From positions 128,001-192,000 of the forward strand of contig CAXXWC010000018.1 in the NCBI GenBank assembly GCA_963668645.2: a stretch of 64,000 bases of DNA, read 5' to 3'. The stretch's first letter is position 1. Every line of letters begins with the position of its first letter. Source of the DNA: Desulfobacterales bacterium. GTDB lineage: Bacteria > Desulfobacterota > Desulfobacteria > Desulfobacterales > UBA2174. Position numbers and translations under genes: made by a program. Shown here piece after piece: positions 54,085 to 64,000 of the stretch. The notes beneath the pieces were generated by a model. The model ran no database searches and was not told where the DNA came from. It worked only from the letters and a program-made list of their open reading frames with translations.

Positions 54085-55830
54085 TCAACGCTGGGTGACG
54101 CGCAGTACCTCGGCCAGGGCCGTCACCCCGTCGAGCACCTTGGCGATCCCGTCCCGGCGCAGGGTGATCAGACCGTCGGCTATGGCCTGGGCCTTGATCT
54201 GGTTGGCATCGAAAGTCTGGAGCAGCAGCGATTTCATCGCCGCGGTCATCTCGAGGATTTCGAAAATCGCGATGCGCCCCTTATATCCGGTCTGGAAGCA
54301 GTGGGGGCAGCCCAGGGGGCGGTAAAAAACCTGGCCGTTCAGGCGGGCCGGGTCGATGTCGAGTTGGCGCATGGCTTCCGGCGCGGGGCGGTAGGATTGC
54401 CGGCACTGGGGGCAGAGCTGGCGCACCAGGCGCTGGGCGATCACGGCCAGGACCGCCGAGGAGATCAGAAAGGGTTCGACGCCGATGTCCACCAGGCGGG
54501 TCATGGCCCCGGCCGAGTCGTTGGTGTGGAGGGTGGAAAAGACCATGTGGCCGGTCAAGGCGCTCTGAACGGCGATGTCGGCCGTTTCGCGGTCGCGGAT
54601 TTCGCCCACCAGGATGACGTCCGGGTCCTGGCGCACGATGGAGCGCAACCCCCGGGCAAAGGTCAGATCGATTTTGGGATTGACCTGGATCTGGCTGATT
54701 CCGGCGATCTGGTATTCCACCGGATCTTCGATGGTGATGATGTTGATCTCCGGGGTCCTGATCGACTGGAGCACGGCGTAGAGGGTGGTGGTCTTGCCGC
54801 TGCCGGTGGGCCCGGTGACCAGGAGTATCCCGTTGGGCGAAGCGATCAGCTCTTGCAGCTGCTCCAGACGCTGGTCCGAGAGCCCCAGTTCGGAAAGACC
54901 GATGAGCGACTTGGACTTGTTGAGCAGCCGCAGCACCACCCGTTCGCCGAAGGTGGTGGGCAGCGTCGAGACGCGCACGTCGATTTCCTGATTGCCGATT
55001 TTGATCTCGATGCGCCCATCCTGGGGCAGGCGCCGTTCGGCGATGTTCAAACGGGCCATGACCTTGATGCGCGAGATCAGTGAGGCATGGATCCAGCGCG
55101 GCGGGCTGAGCATGTCGTAGAGGATCCCGTCGATGCGGTAGCGCACCTTGAGCTGGTCCTGGTAGGCCTCGATGTGGATGTCGCTGGCCCCGGCTTTGAC
55201 CGAGCGGGAGATGATATGGTTGACGAGCTTGATGATCGGCGCCTCGCTGGCGTCTTCGAGCAGATCCGGGGCGTCTTGCAGCTCGTGGATGACGATCTGC
55301 CCGTCTTCTTCCATGTCCTGCACGAGCTGTTCGGCGCTGTCCGGGGAAAACTCGTAGCAGATGTTGATGGCCGACAGGATCGTGGGGCCGGGGGCCACCA
55401 CGATGTGGTAGGCCGAGATTGCCAGCCGGCGGACCAGCTCGTCGATGGGCTGAAACTGGCCCGGGTCCTTGACGGCGATGACCCAGTCCATGTCCCGGGC
55501 TCCGTCCAGGGGCGGGGAGAAGGCGGCGGCCTTGAGCGGCACCATGATATGGTATTTGAGAAACTGGATCGGCACCCGGCGGGCGACTTCCTCGTCGATT
55601 TCACCAGGGGCCAGTTCGGCGTAAAACGGCAGATCGTAGTACCGTGCCAGGGCCTCCTGGAACTGGTTTTCCGAAAGCAGTTTGCGCCCGGCCAGAATCC
55701 TGGAGACGGGTTCGCCCTTTTCGGCCGCCGCCGCGCCCGCCTCGGCAAGGGCCTCGGGGTTCAGGCCGAAGTCCTCGCTGAGGATCCGCGCCATCCCGGC
55801 GGGCAGGGTGGTGATGGGATCAGCGTTCAT
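54085..55830 (-). CDS. gspE: Type II secretion ATPase
   Basis: ASDIHIE, PQDGR, GPTGSGKTT, TIEDPVE, RQDPD.ILVGEIRD, LTGH and a Cys4 motif. Start placed at ATG 55830. Confidence 0.95.
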   Translation of the reverse strand: MNADPITTLPAGMARILSEDFGLNPEALAEAGAAAAEKGEPVSRILAGRKLLSENQFQEALARYYDLPFYAELAPGEIDEEVARRVPIQFLKYHIMVPLKAAAFSPPLDGARDMDWVIAVKDPGQFQPIDELVRRLAISAYHIVVAPGPTILSAINICYEFSPDSAEQLVQDMEEDGQIVIHELQDAPDLLEDASEAPIIKLVNHIISRSVKAGASDIHIEAYQDQLKVRYRIDGILYDMLSPPRWIHASLISRIKVMARLNIAERRLPQDGRIEIKIGNQEIDVRVSTLPTTFGERVVLRLLNKSKSLIGLSELGLSDQRLEQLQELIASPNGILLVTGPTGSGKTTTLYAVLQSIRTPEINIITIEDPVEYQIAGISQIQVNPKIDLTFARGLRSIVRQDPDVILVGEIRDRETADIAVQSALTGHMVFSTLHTNDSAGAMTRLVDIGVEPFLISSAVLAVIAQRLVRQLCPQCRQSYRPAPEAMRQLDIDPARLNGQVFYRPLGCPHCFQTGYKGRIAIFEILEMTAAMKSLLLQTFDANQIKAQAIADGLITLRRDGIAKVLDGVTALAEVLRVTQR

Positions 55831-57817
55831 TTTGCTGGCCCTGGGGCCCTGGATAGAGCCGGATGCTGTCGCTGGCAGCCGGAGGGAGCGGGGCTGCCCC
55901 GGTCTGCCCGGAACCGATGGGCGATTTCTGGCCAAGCGGACTTTCCGCCTCGATGCGGTCGATTATCGCCTTTTTGCGTGCGTAGACCCCGTCGGCCTCG
56001 CCGGGGCTGCGGATCACCCGGGGGGTGATGAACACGAACAGGTTGGTCTTTTCATTGCCGCGGCCCCGGGTCTTGAAGAGCCACCCCAGGACCGGGATGT
56101 CGCCCAGCAGCGGCACCTTCTTTTCCGTCAGGGATGTGTTTTCGTCGATCAGGCCGCCAATCACCACCGTCTGCCCGTCGTTGACGATGACGCTGGTCTC
56201 GATGGAGCGTTTGAGCGTGGTGGGCCGGTAATCGACGTTGGATTCCAGCTTGGTGACCTCCTGGGAGATATCCAGGCGTACCAGGCGTTCCTGGTTGATG
56301 CGCGGGGTGATCTTCAAGGTGGTGCCCACGTCCTTGTATTCGTACGAGCTGTAGTCGATGTTGGTGGTCGAGGTGGTTTCCTGGCGGGTCTGGAACGGCA
56401 CGTTCTTGCCGATGTAGATCGTGGCCTCCTGGTTGTCGGTGGTCAGGATCTGGGGGGTCGAGAGGATATGGACATCCTTGTCCTGCTTGTAGGCCTCGAT
56501 CATGGCCCCTATGCTCGGGAAGGTCTGGCCGCCGACGGTGAGCGTCTCGCCGAAGATGCCGAAGGCGCCGCTGGCGTCCAGGCTGGTCAGGTCGGTGGCA
56601 TCCGGACTGCCGAATCCGCCGCCGAAGGCTGATGATTTGCCGTCGATGTCGGTCTTGCCGAAGGCGCTCCATTTCACGCCCAGGCTGAAGTCCTTGTTGA
56701 CGTTGACTTCCATGATCAGACATTCGATGTAGACCATGGAGCGGGGGATATCGAGCTTGGCGATGATCTGTTCGATCACCTCGTAGTCTTCCTTGGCGGC
56801 GATGATGATCAGGCTGTTGGTGGCCGGGTCGGCCGTGATCTGGATCTCGCCCGAGAGGGCCGGCGCCTCGGCGGCCTTGCCCTGGGGTGTTTTTTTCTCC
56901 TCCTTGACCGGCACATCCTTGAGCACCTTGGCCAGGTCTTCGGCCACGGCGTTTTCCAGGTAGTAAACCCGGATTTTGCCCTGGCCGCGGGGCGTTTCCC
57001 GGTCCAGCAGGCCGATCAGGTCCCGCAACCGCTTGATCTCGTCCTCCTTGGCCAGCACGATCAGGCTGTTGGTCCGTTCGTCCGAGACCACTTGAACCGG
57101 ACTGGCGGCCGCCGATCCTTTCTGGGCTTTGGCTGCCGGGGGATTGAAGACCGCCGAGGCGATCTTTTCCATCTTTACCGCCTCGGCGTATTTGAGTTCG
57201 ATGACGGCGATCTCCATTCCGACCCCGGTGATATCGATGGCCTTGATGATGCGCATCAGCCGCTGGATATTGGACTGGACGTCGGTCAGAATCAGCATGC
57301 CGGTGGGCGCGTAGGCCAGCAGTACACTGTTTTTGGAGACCAGCGGCGCCAGCAGCTTGCGCACCTCTTCGGGCTCGGCGTACGCCAGGGGCACGATCTG
57401 GGTCACCACCCGGTCGGCGACGGTGCCGGTTTCCTCGTAAAGGCGGGTCTCGATGCTTTTGCCCCGGGCTTCGGGCGCCGGTACGATCTTGGTCACCGTG
57501 CCGGAGGGAACCGTTGTGAAACCGTGCACTTCGAGAACCGACTCGAACACCTTGAACGCCTCGTCCACCGAGATGCGCGACGGCGAGATCACCGTAACCT
57601 TGCCGCGGACCCGTTCGTCGACGATGAAGTTGCGTCCGGTCAACTCGCTGATAAATTTGACGAAGACCGCGATGTCGACGTTGTTGAAGTCGATGCTGAC
57701 AAAGCGGCCTTTGCCCGCCGGCGGATTCTGATCCGCGGCGGCGGCCGTCGCCGGACAAAAGGACAAAGCGAGGCAAAGTCCCACCAGAAACACTCGGATG
57801 GCCATGCGTGGCAGCAT
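55820..57817 (-). CDS. gspD: Type II secretion secretin
   Basis: Signal peptide; IDFNNVDI; repeated D..TNSLI; VGTTLKITP.IN and KVPLLGDIPVLGWLF. Confidence 0.95.
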   Translation of the reverse strand: MLPRMAIRVFLVGLCLALSFCPATAAAADQNPPAGKGRFVSIDFNNVDIAVFVKFISELTGRNFIVDERVRGKVTVISPSRISVDEAFKVFESVLEVHGFTTVPSGTVTKIVPAPEARGKSIETRLYEETGTVADRVVTQIVPLAYAEPEEVRKLLAPLVSKNSVLLAYAPTGMLILTDVQSNIQRLMRIIKAIDITGVGMEIAVIELKYAEAVKMEKIASAVFNPPAAKAQKGSAAASPVQVVSDERTNSLIVLAKEDEIKRLRDLIGLLDRETPRGQGKIRVYYLENAVAEDLAKVLKDVPVKEEKKTPQGKAAEAPALSGEIQITADPATNSLIIIAAKEDYEVIEQIIAKLDIPRSMVYIECLIMEVNVNKDFSLGVKWSAFGKTDIDGKSSAFGGGFGSPDATDLTSLDASGAFGIFGETLTVGGQTFPSIGAMIEAYKQDKDVHILSTPQILTTDNQEATIYIGKNVPFQTRQETTSTTNIDYSSYEYKDVGTTLKITPRINQERLVRLDISQEVTKLESNVDYRPTTLKRSIETSVIVNDGQTVVIGGLIDENTSLTEKKVPLLGDIPVLGWLFKTRGRGNEKTNLFVFITPRVIRSPGEADGVYARKKAIIDRIEAESPLGQKSPIGSGQTGAAPLPPAASDSIRLYPGPQGQQNER

Positions 57818-57834
57818 CGGTTGATAGGTTCCTT

Positions 57835-58362
57835 TCAAAGCTCGAAGGTTTCCACCTGAAGAACGGCCTCGATCCATTTTTCCTCTTTGCCGGTCTGGGT
57901 GATGCTCAGGCGCTTGACCGTGATCGCCTCGGCGGCGGTTTCCACCCTGTGCAAGAAGGCGACCAGCTCGGGCAGGCTCACGTCCTGGATCTTCATCTCC
58001 ACCCGCGACAGGCGATAGGGGGTATCCTTGATCGGATCGGCCGAGGGCTTCATATAGGCGATACGATCCTTGAGCTGGGTCTGGCCGGCGGCGCCGTCAA
58101 GAAACGAAAAGAGGGTGAAGCCCGCCTGGCGCCGGCCGAGGCGCTGCTGCTGGGTTTGGGCCTCGGCCTGGAGCTGGTCGTACTGCGCTTTGAGGCGGTG
58201 CATCTGCTCCAGGGCGACCGTTTCGGCCGCCAGGGTGCGGTCGATGCGCCGGACCCTGGCCGCCAGCGGCGAAATCACCAGTTCGATCAATGCCACCGCC
58301 AGCAGGACCAGGGCCGCGGCTGTAATGCCGATCCTTTCACGGCGGTTCAGTTGGATGGCCAT
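57835..58362 (-). CDS. gspM: Type II secretion protein M
   Basis: LNRRER + TM + coiled coil; operon position. Confidence 0.8.
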   Translation of the reverse strand: MAIQLNRRERIGITAAALVLLAVALIELVISPLAARVRRIDRTLAAETVALEQMHRLKAQYDQLQAEAQTQQQRLGRRQAGFTLFSFLDGAAGQTQLKDRIAYMKPSADPIKDTPYRLSRVEMKIQDVSLPELVAFLHRVETAAEAITVKRLSITQTGKEEKWIEAVLQVETFEL

Positions 58363-59837
58363 GGGACCACCTCCAATCGGCCGATGTTGAGGGTAAAGCG
58401 CACCCTGTTGCTGCGGTTGTCGATGTTGGCCGCGGCAATGGTCACTTCCCGGAACATCGGATTTTTTTCCAAGCGCGTCTTGACCTCGTCCACCGCGTTG
58501 AAGGTGGCGGTATGCCCGGTGAGGGTCAGATTGTCCGGACCGATCACCAGCCGGGTGATCTCCACATCCAGCCCGGCTGGAATTTCCCTGCTCAGTGCGG
58601 CCAGGATGTCGATGGCCCGGGGCCGGGCCCCCTCACTGCCCGGGATCTTGGTGGTGCTTTCCAGCTCCTTGATGACGGCGCGCATCTGGCTGACCGGATC
58701 GACCACCCGCGTGGCGTCCGGCCGGGTAGCCCGGAAAAGGGCGGTGGTTTCCCGGGTGATCGCCTCGATACGCCGCTGCTTGAGATAGACCCCGTGGGCC
58801 AGTTGGGCCGCGCCGAGCACCAAAACCACGGCTGCCAGGACGGCCGTGCGCTGGAACTGCCTGCGGTGGCGGGTCCAGAATTTTTTTACGGCAAAGTCAC
58901 CCTGGCGCAGGTTGAAGCCGGTATCGGCGCGGCGGGCAGCCAACGCCAGGGCCAGGGCCCCGTTCATTGCTCCCGGTTCCCAGTCGCGCAGGGCCTTGGC
59001 CGTAAGATGGCCGCTGCGGCTCAAATCGACTCGCTCGACCGCCAGATCGAGGCGCTCGGTGGCCAGGGCTTCGAAGGCTTCGCTGTAAGGCCCGTAGCCG
59101 GTCAGCCGGAGTTGCCCGGGGCGAAACGGGTTCCCGTCCGCATCGGCCAAGGCCCGGCAGGTCTGCTGGAGCATGCTGATCAGTGTTTGACGGCCCGCTT
59201 CGGTATGCAGGGGGGCGCAGATGTCGCGCACGGCGAGCAGCCGGCCGTCGGCCACCGGCACCAGCGTGGCCCCATGGGGCCGCAGGGCCGCGGCGATAAA
59301 CCGCTCGGCTCCGCCCTGTCCGTTCATCAGGCACAGCGCCGGGCAGATCCCGTCCGCCGTGACCCACTCCGGATCGAGTCGTAGCGCGCCCAGGGATTCC
59401 AGCAGGCCGGCCAACCGGCTCTTTTCAATGGCGGCGGCCAGAATCCGCGGCGGCGGCCCGCTGTCCAAACGCCGGTGGTCGAAGACCATTTCGTCGGCCG
59501 CGGCCACCAGGGACGGTTCCAGTTCGAAGGGCAGAACCTGGCGCAGCTTGCGGTCATCATCGAAAGGGGCCGTCAGCGGGCGGAAGATGAATTGTCCCGC
59601 AGGCAGGGCCACCGCGCAGGTTGCGGTCAAAGCGGCATCATGGGCCCCCACCGGTCCCAGAACGGCCGCCAGGGATTCGGCCTCCGTGTCCTGGGCGGAG
59701 CGCTCCACCCGGTGGGCCGCAACGATCTGCGCTTCGCCCCGCTGGATCTGGCAAAGGACGGCGCTGGCGGTCTCGGGGCCGATCTCGATGCCGAGGAACG
59801 ATTTTTTCAGGACGGTTGCCACATCAATATCCTGCAT
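58347..59837 (-). CDS. gspL: Type II secretion protein L (PilM/PilN-like)
   Basis: LGIEIG, LPFELE, FNLRQGDF, one TM and a C-terminal PilN-like domain. Confidence 0.82.
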   Translation of the reverse strand: MQDIDVATVLKKSFLGIEIGPETASAVLCQIQRGEAQIVAAHRVERSAQDTEAESLAAVLGPVGAHDAALTATCAVALPAGQFIFRPLTAPFDDDRKLRQVLPFELEPSLVAAADEMVFDHRRLDSGPPPRILAAAIEKSRLAGLLESLGALRLDPEWVTADGICPALCLMNGQGGAERFIAAALRPHGATLVPVADGRLLAVRDICAPLHTEAGRQTLISMLQQTCRALADADGNPFRPGQLRLTGYGPYSEAFEALATERLDLAVERVDLSRSGHLTAKALRDWEPGAMNGALALALAARRADTGFNLRQGDFAVKKFWTRHRRQFQRTAVLAAVVLVLGAAQLAHGVYLKQRRIEAITRETTALFRATRPDATRVVDPVSQMRAVIKELESTTKIPGSEGARPRAIDILAALSREIPAGLDVEITRLVIGPDNLTLTGHTATFNAVDEVKTRLEKNPMFREVTIAAANIDNRSNRVRFTLNIGRLEVVPWPSN

Positions 59838-60889
59838 ACGGTTTTGCCGCTGGCCGCATCGCTTTGGCGCAGGACCACGGCCGTCAGGGCCGCGCGCGCG
59901 CCGCTGTATTCGGCCACGGCCTGGATACGGAAATGATCACTGGCCGTGGTGATCAACTCGGCTTCGATGGTCAGCTCCTGGCACCCCGGCGCGTTGCGGT
60001 ACCAGAGCGGATCGGCCAGCAGGTCGGAAGTGTCGTTGGCGATCACTTCCTGGCGAAATTCCAGGATGGACTGGGCCAGATCCTCATATTCCTCGGGCAG
60101 CAGGGCCGCCAGCAGGGGCAGGGGGGCCGTGTTGATGTTGATCCGGCCGTCGTAGGCGGCCTGGTCCCCGCGCACTTCGTTCATCCCGTAAACCGTCAAC
60201 AAAGGGCCGATGCCCGGTTGTTGCCCGTCGCCGTCGATCAGGCCGGGGATAATGCCGCGCACCAGACGCAATTCCTCCACTTCGGGCACGGGGCCATTGC
60301 GGCAGGTGTAAGGCACTGGCAAAGACGCATAGTAGGGAGCCTCGGCGCCTCCCAGGCCGGTGACGGCGTCGTCGTCACCGCGGTCGAGCCAGTCCTTGAC
60401 GGCGGCCACGATCATTCCGGGGGTGGTGTCCGGCGTGCGCAGATCGTCAAAGGCCGGCAGGGACAACAGCCGCTCCCAGAGACGCTGCTGGGCCGCAACC
60501 ACCTGCTGGCCCTGGGGAAAGTCGACCAGGGCGTTGACCTGAAGGCGGGCCCTCGCGTCGTCGATGCGCAGCGCTAAGCCGATCCCCTCGGGAGCACCGG
60601 CAGCGGCCAGGGCGGTGATCTTTTCCGTATCGGCCCACAACTCGGCCAGGCTGTCGGCCCGGCTGGTGCGCTTGTCCTCGACCAGGACCGCCATGGCGGT
60701 ATGCACGGCACCCTCGGCCGCCGCCGCCGCCACGGCATGCGCCGCCTGGCGCTGGCCCTCATCCAGGGCTTGGCGCACCTTGAGGTGGATGGCCAGCGCA
60801 ACGGAGACCAGTACCACGGTCACCGCCAGGGCCACGAGCAGGGCGGTGCCGCGTTCAGCCCCGGCGGCCTTGAAGGCCCGGCCGGCCAT
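59807..60889 (-). CDS. gspK: Type II secretion minor pseudopilin K
   Basis: RG|TALLVAL, DW.D.DD, GAE..YY, EL.LVRG and ININTA motifs. Confidence 0.9.
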   Translation of the reverse strand: MAGRAFKAAGAERGTALLVALAVTVVLVSVALAIHLKVRQALDEGQRQAAHAVAAAAAEGAVHTAMAVLVEDKRTSRADSLAELWADTEKITALAAAGAPEGIGLALRIDDARARLQVNALVDFPQGQQVVAAQQRLWERLLSLPAFDDLRTPDTTPGMIVAAVKDWLDRGDDDAVTGLGGAEAPYYASLPVPYTCRNGPVPEVEELRLVRGIIPGLIDGDGQQPGIGPLLTVYGMNEVRGDQAAYDGRININTAPLPLLAALLPEEYEDLAQSILEFRQEVIANDTSDLLADPLWYRNAPGCQELTIEAELITTASDHFRIQAVAEYSGARAALTAVVLRQSDAASGKTVCRILMWQPS

Positions 60890-61620
60890 CAGCGGCGCGC
60901 CTCCCGCACCACCGCCGGTGCGATTCGGGGCCGGTAGATCCTGCCGACCCCCTCTTCACCGACCTCGATCATCAATTCCACGGCCCGGGGGGTGGCCCAG
61001 TGCCACTTTTCGTCGTCCGAGTCCCACTCCTCGTGCGTATCGCCCTGGTCGTCGACAAATGTCCAGCGCAGGCGCAGAACATTTTCGCAGACTATGGCGG
61101 CGGGTACCGGCAGGTCCGGGTCGGCCTGTAGATCGAAAACATCGGTGCGCATTAGCACAAATCGATCATTCATGCGACGGACAAAATAGCTCACCCGCGC
61201 CAGAGCCCCCGGGGCGATCTGCAAGGCCGAGGGGGCCAGGGGGCGGTGGGCGCGGGCGGCAAACTCCAGGCGCTTGAAATCGGACGGATCTTCGGGTCCG
61301 GCGTAACACCGGAACCGGTAGGGATCTGGGTCTTTGCCCATCTCCGGCGGCCGGTAAACCGGGGTTGCCGTGATATGAAGCGCCCCCAGGTCGGCCTCGA
61401 TCCATTGGATCGCCTCGGCAGCGGCACCGGCCGCTCCCAAGGTTTGTTCGATGCGCGCAGCGGTGCGGTTGACCGCCGAAAGCGCGCTCAAGGCGGTAAG
61501 CAGCACGATGCCTAGTATGGCCACGGCGACCAGAATCTCCAGCAGGGTAAAACCGCTGGTAAATATCCGGCCCCTACGAAGGCGCCAGCCGCTGGGTGCG
61601 CAGGTGAAATACACGTTCAT
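60889..61620 (-). CDS. gspJ: Type II secretion minor pseudopilin J
   Basis: SG|FTLLEILVA; C-terminal W.S......P.AV; operon position. Start uncertain. Confidence 0.85.
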   Translation of the reverse strand: MNVYFTCAPSGWRLRRGRIFTSGFTLLEILVAVAILGIVLLTALSALSAVNRTAARIEQTLGAAGAAAEAIQWIEADLGALHITATPVYRPPEMGKDPDPYRFRCYAGPEDPSDFKRLEFAARAHRPLAPSALQIAPGALARVSYFVRRMNDRFVLMRTDVFDLQADPDLPVPAAIVCENVLRLRWTFVDDQGDTHEEWDSDDEKWHWATPRAVELMIEVGEEGVGRIYRPRIAPAVVREARR

Positions 61621-62026
61621 CCTGGTTCAGATCGATTCGGATGTCGATAAGGTAAAGACTCCGGGCCGTTTCTCCCAGAAGTTCGTCGTCCCGTGCCCTT
61701 GCCGTGATCTGCCAACCGTAGCCCAAGGCGTCTTCGCCGAAATCTCCCCGCTCATCGAGGTCTTTGTCCAGGCCGCGGGAATCGACGGTGGCCAGCACGG
61801 CCTGGGCCAGCATGGCGGCACGGCTGTTGAAATCCAGACGTTCGACAACACCCAGATTCCCGGCCTGCATGCGAAACACACTGACCAGCACCACCGCCAG
61901 CACCGCCAGGGCAACGACGACTTCCATGAGGGTAAAGCCCCTGACCGAAGGGCCGGCCGGCCGAAACGCGCGCCGCGGGGATCTGGTGCACGGTGCCGCG
62001 CATCTACCGTTGAAGATCGGTTCCAT
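61574..62026 (-). CDS. gspI: Type II secretion minor pseudopilin I
   Basis: RG|FTLMEVVVALAVLA; operon position. Confidence 0.85.
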   Translation of the reverse strand: MEPIFNGRCAAPCTRSPRRAFRPAGPSVRGFTLMEVVVALAVLAVVLVSVFRMQAGNLGVVERLDFNSRAAMLAQAVLATVDSRGLDKDLDERGDFGEDALGYGWQITARARDDELLGETARSLYLIDIRIDLNQDERVFHLRTQRLAPS

Positions 62027-62633
62027 CTTCTCTGATTACCCGTGCCGCGGCAAGAAACGGTTCGATGCGCAAGGTCAACCGGCGCCCGCCGAGTTCGGCC
62101 ATATCGATGTCGACCATGAAGCTGTGGCCGTCGGGGAAATATTGCACCGCGTAACTGCCGGTATTGATTTCACGCTCATCGGGCAGGCGCAATTGTTCGA
62201 GGCGCACCCGGCTCGGCAGGCGGTATCCTTCGTCTGCCGCGGCCGCCATTTGATCCTCGTCCATGGACGCATCGGAAACCCAGATGCGCTGCCGATCGAG
62301 ATCCAGATGCATGCTGTAGCGCAATTGCCGGCCGGCGGCTTCGGCCTTGAGCTTCCGGTGGGCCTGGATCACCTGGCGGGCCGCGGCCGAAAGATCGTCA
62401 TGCAGCCCGGGCAGATCGATGCGCGGTACGGTGAGCACCAGCACCGTGCCGATGACGGCCACCACGACCATCAGTTCGAGGAGGGTAAAGCCGGCTCCGG
62501 AGCGGTAGCGGCGGCCCCGGCCGCTTCGGGTTGGCCAAGGCTGGCGATCCGCATCTGGATGCGGCCTGCACGGCCGGTTGCGGGGCGAGCACGGATGGCC
62601 CGAGCCCCGGCGATCAGATAGCTGTCCTGGCAT
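62004..62633 (-). CDS. gspH: Type II secretion minor pseudopilin H
   Basis: AG|FTLLELMVV; YFPDG; operon position. Start uncertain (long leader). Confidence 0.82.
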   Translation of the reverse strand: MPGQLSDRRGSGHPCSPRNRPCRPHPDADRQPWPTRSGRGRRYRSGAGFTLLELMVVVAVIGTVLVLTVPRIDLPGLHDDLSAAARQVIQAHRKLKAEAAGRQLRYSMHLDLDRQRIWVSDASMDEDQMAAAADEGYRLPSRVRLEQLRLPDEREINTGSYAVQYFPDGHSFMVDIDMAELGGRRLTLRIEPFLAAARVIREDGTDLQR

Positions 62634-62654
62634 GGCCCGCTGGTAACCTTTGTA

Positions 62655-63113
62655 TCACTCGATTTCCCAGTTGTTGATGTCTTTGTCCTTGCCCTCACCG
62701 CCGGCAACACCGTCCGCGCCGTACGAGGTGATATCGAAATCTCCGTGGTTGCCCGGGCTCAGATAGACGAACTCGTTGCCCCAGGGATCTTTGGGAACCT
62801 GGTTTTTTTCAAGATATCCGCCCTCTTTCCAGCGTTTGGGAATCTGGCCGCTCTGGGGTATCTGCACCAGGGCCGCCAGGCCCTGCTCGGTGGACGGATA
62901 AAATCCGTTGTCGAGCCGGAAGAGCTTGATGGCCGTCTCCAGGCTGGCGATGTCCATGCGCGCCTTGACCTGCTTGGCCTCGTCCGGGCGGCCCATAATC
63001 TTGGGGGCCACATAGAGCGCCAGGATTCCCAGGATGACGATCACCACCATCAGCTCGATCAGGGTAAAGCCCTGCGGGCTGCTTCTGAAACGCCATGAAC
63101 GTTTCTGGTTCAT
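62655..63113 (-). CDS. gspG: Type II secretion major pseudopilin G
   Basis: [31 protein letters not shown] and SYGADG..GGEG...DI. ATG 63113 behind AAGGAG. Confidence 0.97.
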   Translation of the reverse strand: MNQKRSWRFRSSPQGFTLIELMVVIVILGILALYVAPKIMGRPDEAKQVKARMDIASLETAIKLFRLDNGFYPSTEQGLAALVQIPQSGQIPKRWKEGGYLEKNQVPKDPWGNEFVYLSPGNHGDFDITSYGADGVAGGEGKDKDINNWEIE

Positions 63114-63321
63114 GCTTTTGACTCCTTGAAATTCCATTTAAGCGTTGAAATTTCTCCGCACTCGTTCCGTATCGCGGTTCAAGATCCCCGCCCGGTCCGG
63201 TGCCGCATTCTCCGGCGGCGCTCAACACAACGTTGCCAACCGCGCTCGGCCGGCGGTGGCGCAACCTGGATCGCGGGACCAGCCCCTTCTCTCTTCCAGG
63301 GGCCGTTACTGCCCCTGAAGT

Positions 63322-64000
63322 TTACCGTATAAGCTGATTCATTTCGAAGATCGGCAAACAAACCGCCAGCACGACGAAGGCCACCGCCGCACCCATGATC
63401 AGGATCATGAGCGGTTCGAGCAAAGCGGTCAAGGCGCTGATGGTCGATTCCACCTCATTGTCATACATGTCGGCGATTTTCCCCAGCATCGGTTCGAGCC
63501 TGCCGCTTTGCTCGCCGACATCGATCATCTGGATGGCCAGCGGCGGAAAAGCCCGTGGGGTGGCCGCCAGTGCCCGGGACAGCGATTTGCCCTGGCCCAC
63601 ATCGCGGCTTGCGTCCTGCAACGCCTCGGCCACGATGGTGTTGCCGGCGATATTGCGCACGATTTCCAGGGCCGCGAGCATGGCCACGCCGTTTTCCAGC
63701 AGGGAGCCGAAGGTACGCATGATGCGGGCCACATTCAGCCGCTGGACCAAAGAACCGACCAGTGGGATTTTCAGGATCGTGCGGTCCGTGGCCAGCCGGC
63801 CCCGAGCGGTGCGCCGAACGGTGCGCAGGACCTGGAAGAGCGCCGCCAGGCCCAGCGGCAGGCTCCACCAGTAGGTGCGCATCCAATGGCTGAAACCGAG
63901 CAGCAAGCGGGTGGGCAGGGGCAGCACCTGCTTGACCTCGGCAAAGATTCCGGAAATGGTCGGCACGATGTAGGTGAGCAAAAAGATGAGGACTGCCGAT
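63322..64000 (-). CDS. gspF: Type II secretion inner-membrane platform protein F (3' part; runs off window edge)
   Basis: LPLPTRLL, VGEQSGRL and LLEP...LPIF motifs. Confidence 0.93.
   Translation of the reverse strand, partial: SAVLIFLLTYIVPTISGIFAEVKQVLPLPTRLLLGFSHWMRTYWWSLPLGLAALFQVLRTVRRTARGRLATDRTILKIPLVGSLVQRLNVARIMRTFGSLLENGVAMLAALEIVRNIAGNTIVAEALQDASRDVGQGKSLSRALAATPRAFPPLAIQMIDVGEQSGRLEPMLGKIADMYDNEVESTISALTALLEPLMILIMGAAVAFVVLAVCLPIFEMNQLIR

Overview
High-GC chromosomal segment from an anaerobe, most likely a Desulfobacterota/Desulfobacterales-type organism (inferred from gene content). Contents from left to right: (1) 0-8.4 kb, a 2-hydroxy-acid catabolism cluster (TetR, LarA-like racemase, TAXI-TRAP transporter, an internally deleted FadR/GntR regulator, FAD/Fe-S dehydrogenase). 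(2) ltaE and a CoA-transferase-GNAT fusion. (3) The Wood-Ljungdahl CODH/ACS cluster acsD-cooS-acsB-acsC-acsE; AcsD carries a ~200 aa Ala/Lys/Glu tail. (4) A 1392 aa PPDK-like dikinase lacking the pyruvate-binding barrel, followed by a divergent GAPDH. (5) An AT-rich island at ~27.6-38.3 kb with an AAA ATPase, a lycopene-elongase-like UbiA, a type IV pilin set and a TMTC-like GT-C/TPR protein. (6) A VKOR-DsbA fusion and a USP/AcuB/Pat/CoA-transferase/two-component region with two sigma54 promoters. (7) exeAB and a convergent T2SS operon gspF-G-H-I-J-K-L-M-D-E. The most striking object is the 1164 aa island ORF at 30196-33690. It fuses a PilW/GspJ-like pilin, an internal CFI-box-CTERM domain and a second PilX/GspK-like prepilin with a large adhesin-like body, which suggests a pilin polyprotein matured by internal prepilin-peptidase cleavage. 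Three genes are broken by +1 homopolymer frameshifts, which may be sequencing errors. No rRNA, tRNA, CRISPR array, integrase or transposase was recognised. All family calls come from motif recognition by eye, not from database searches.
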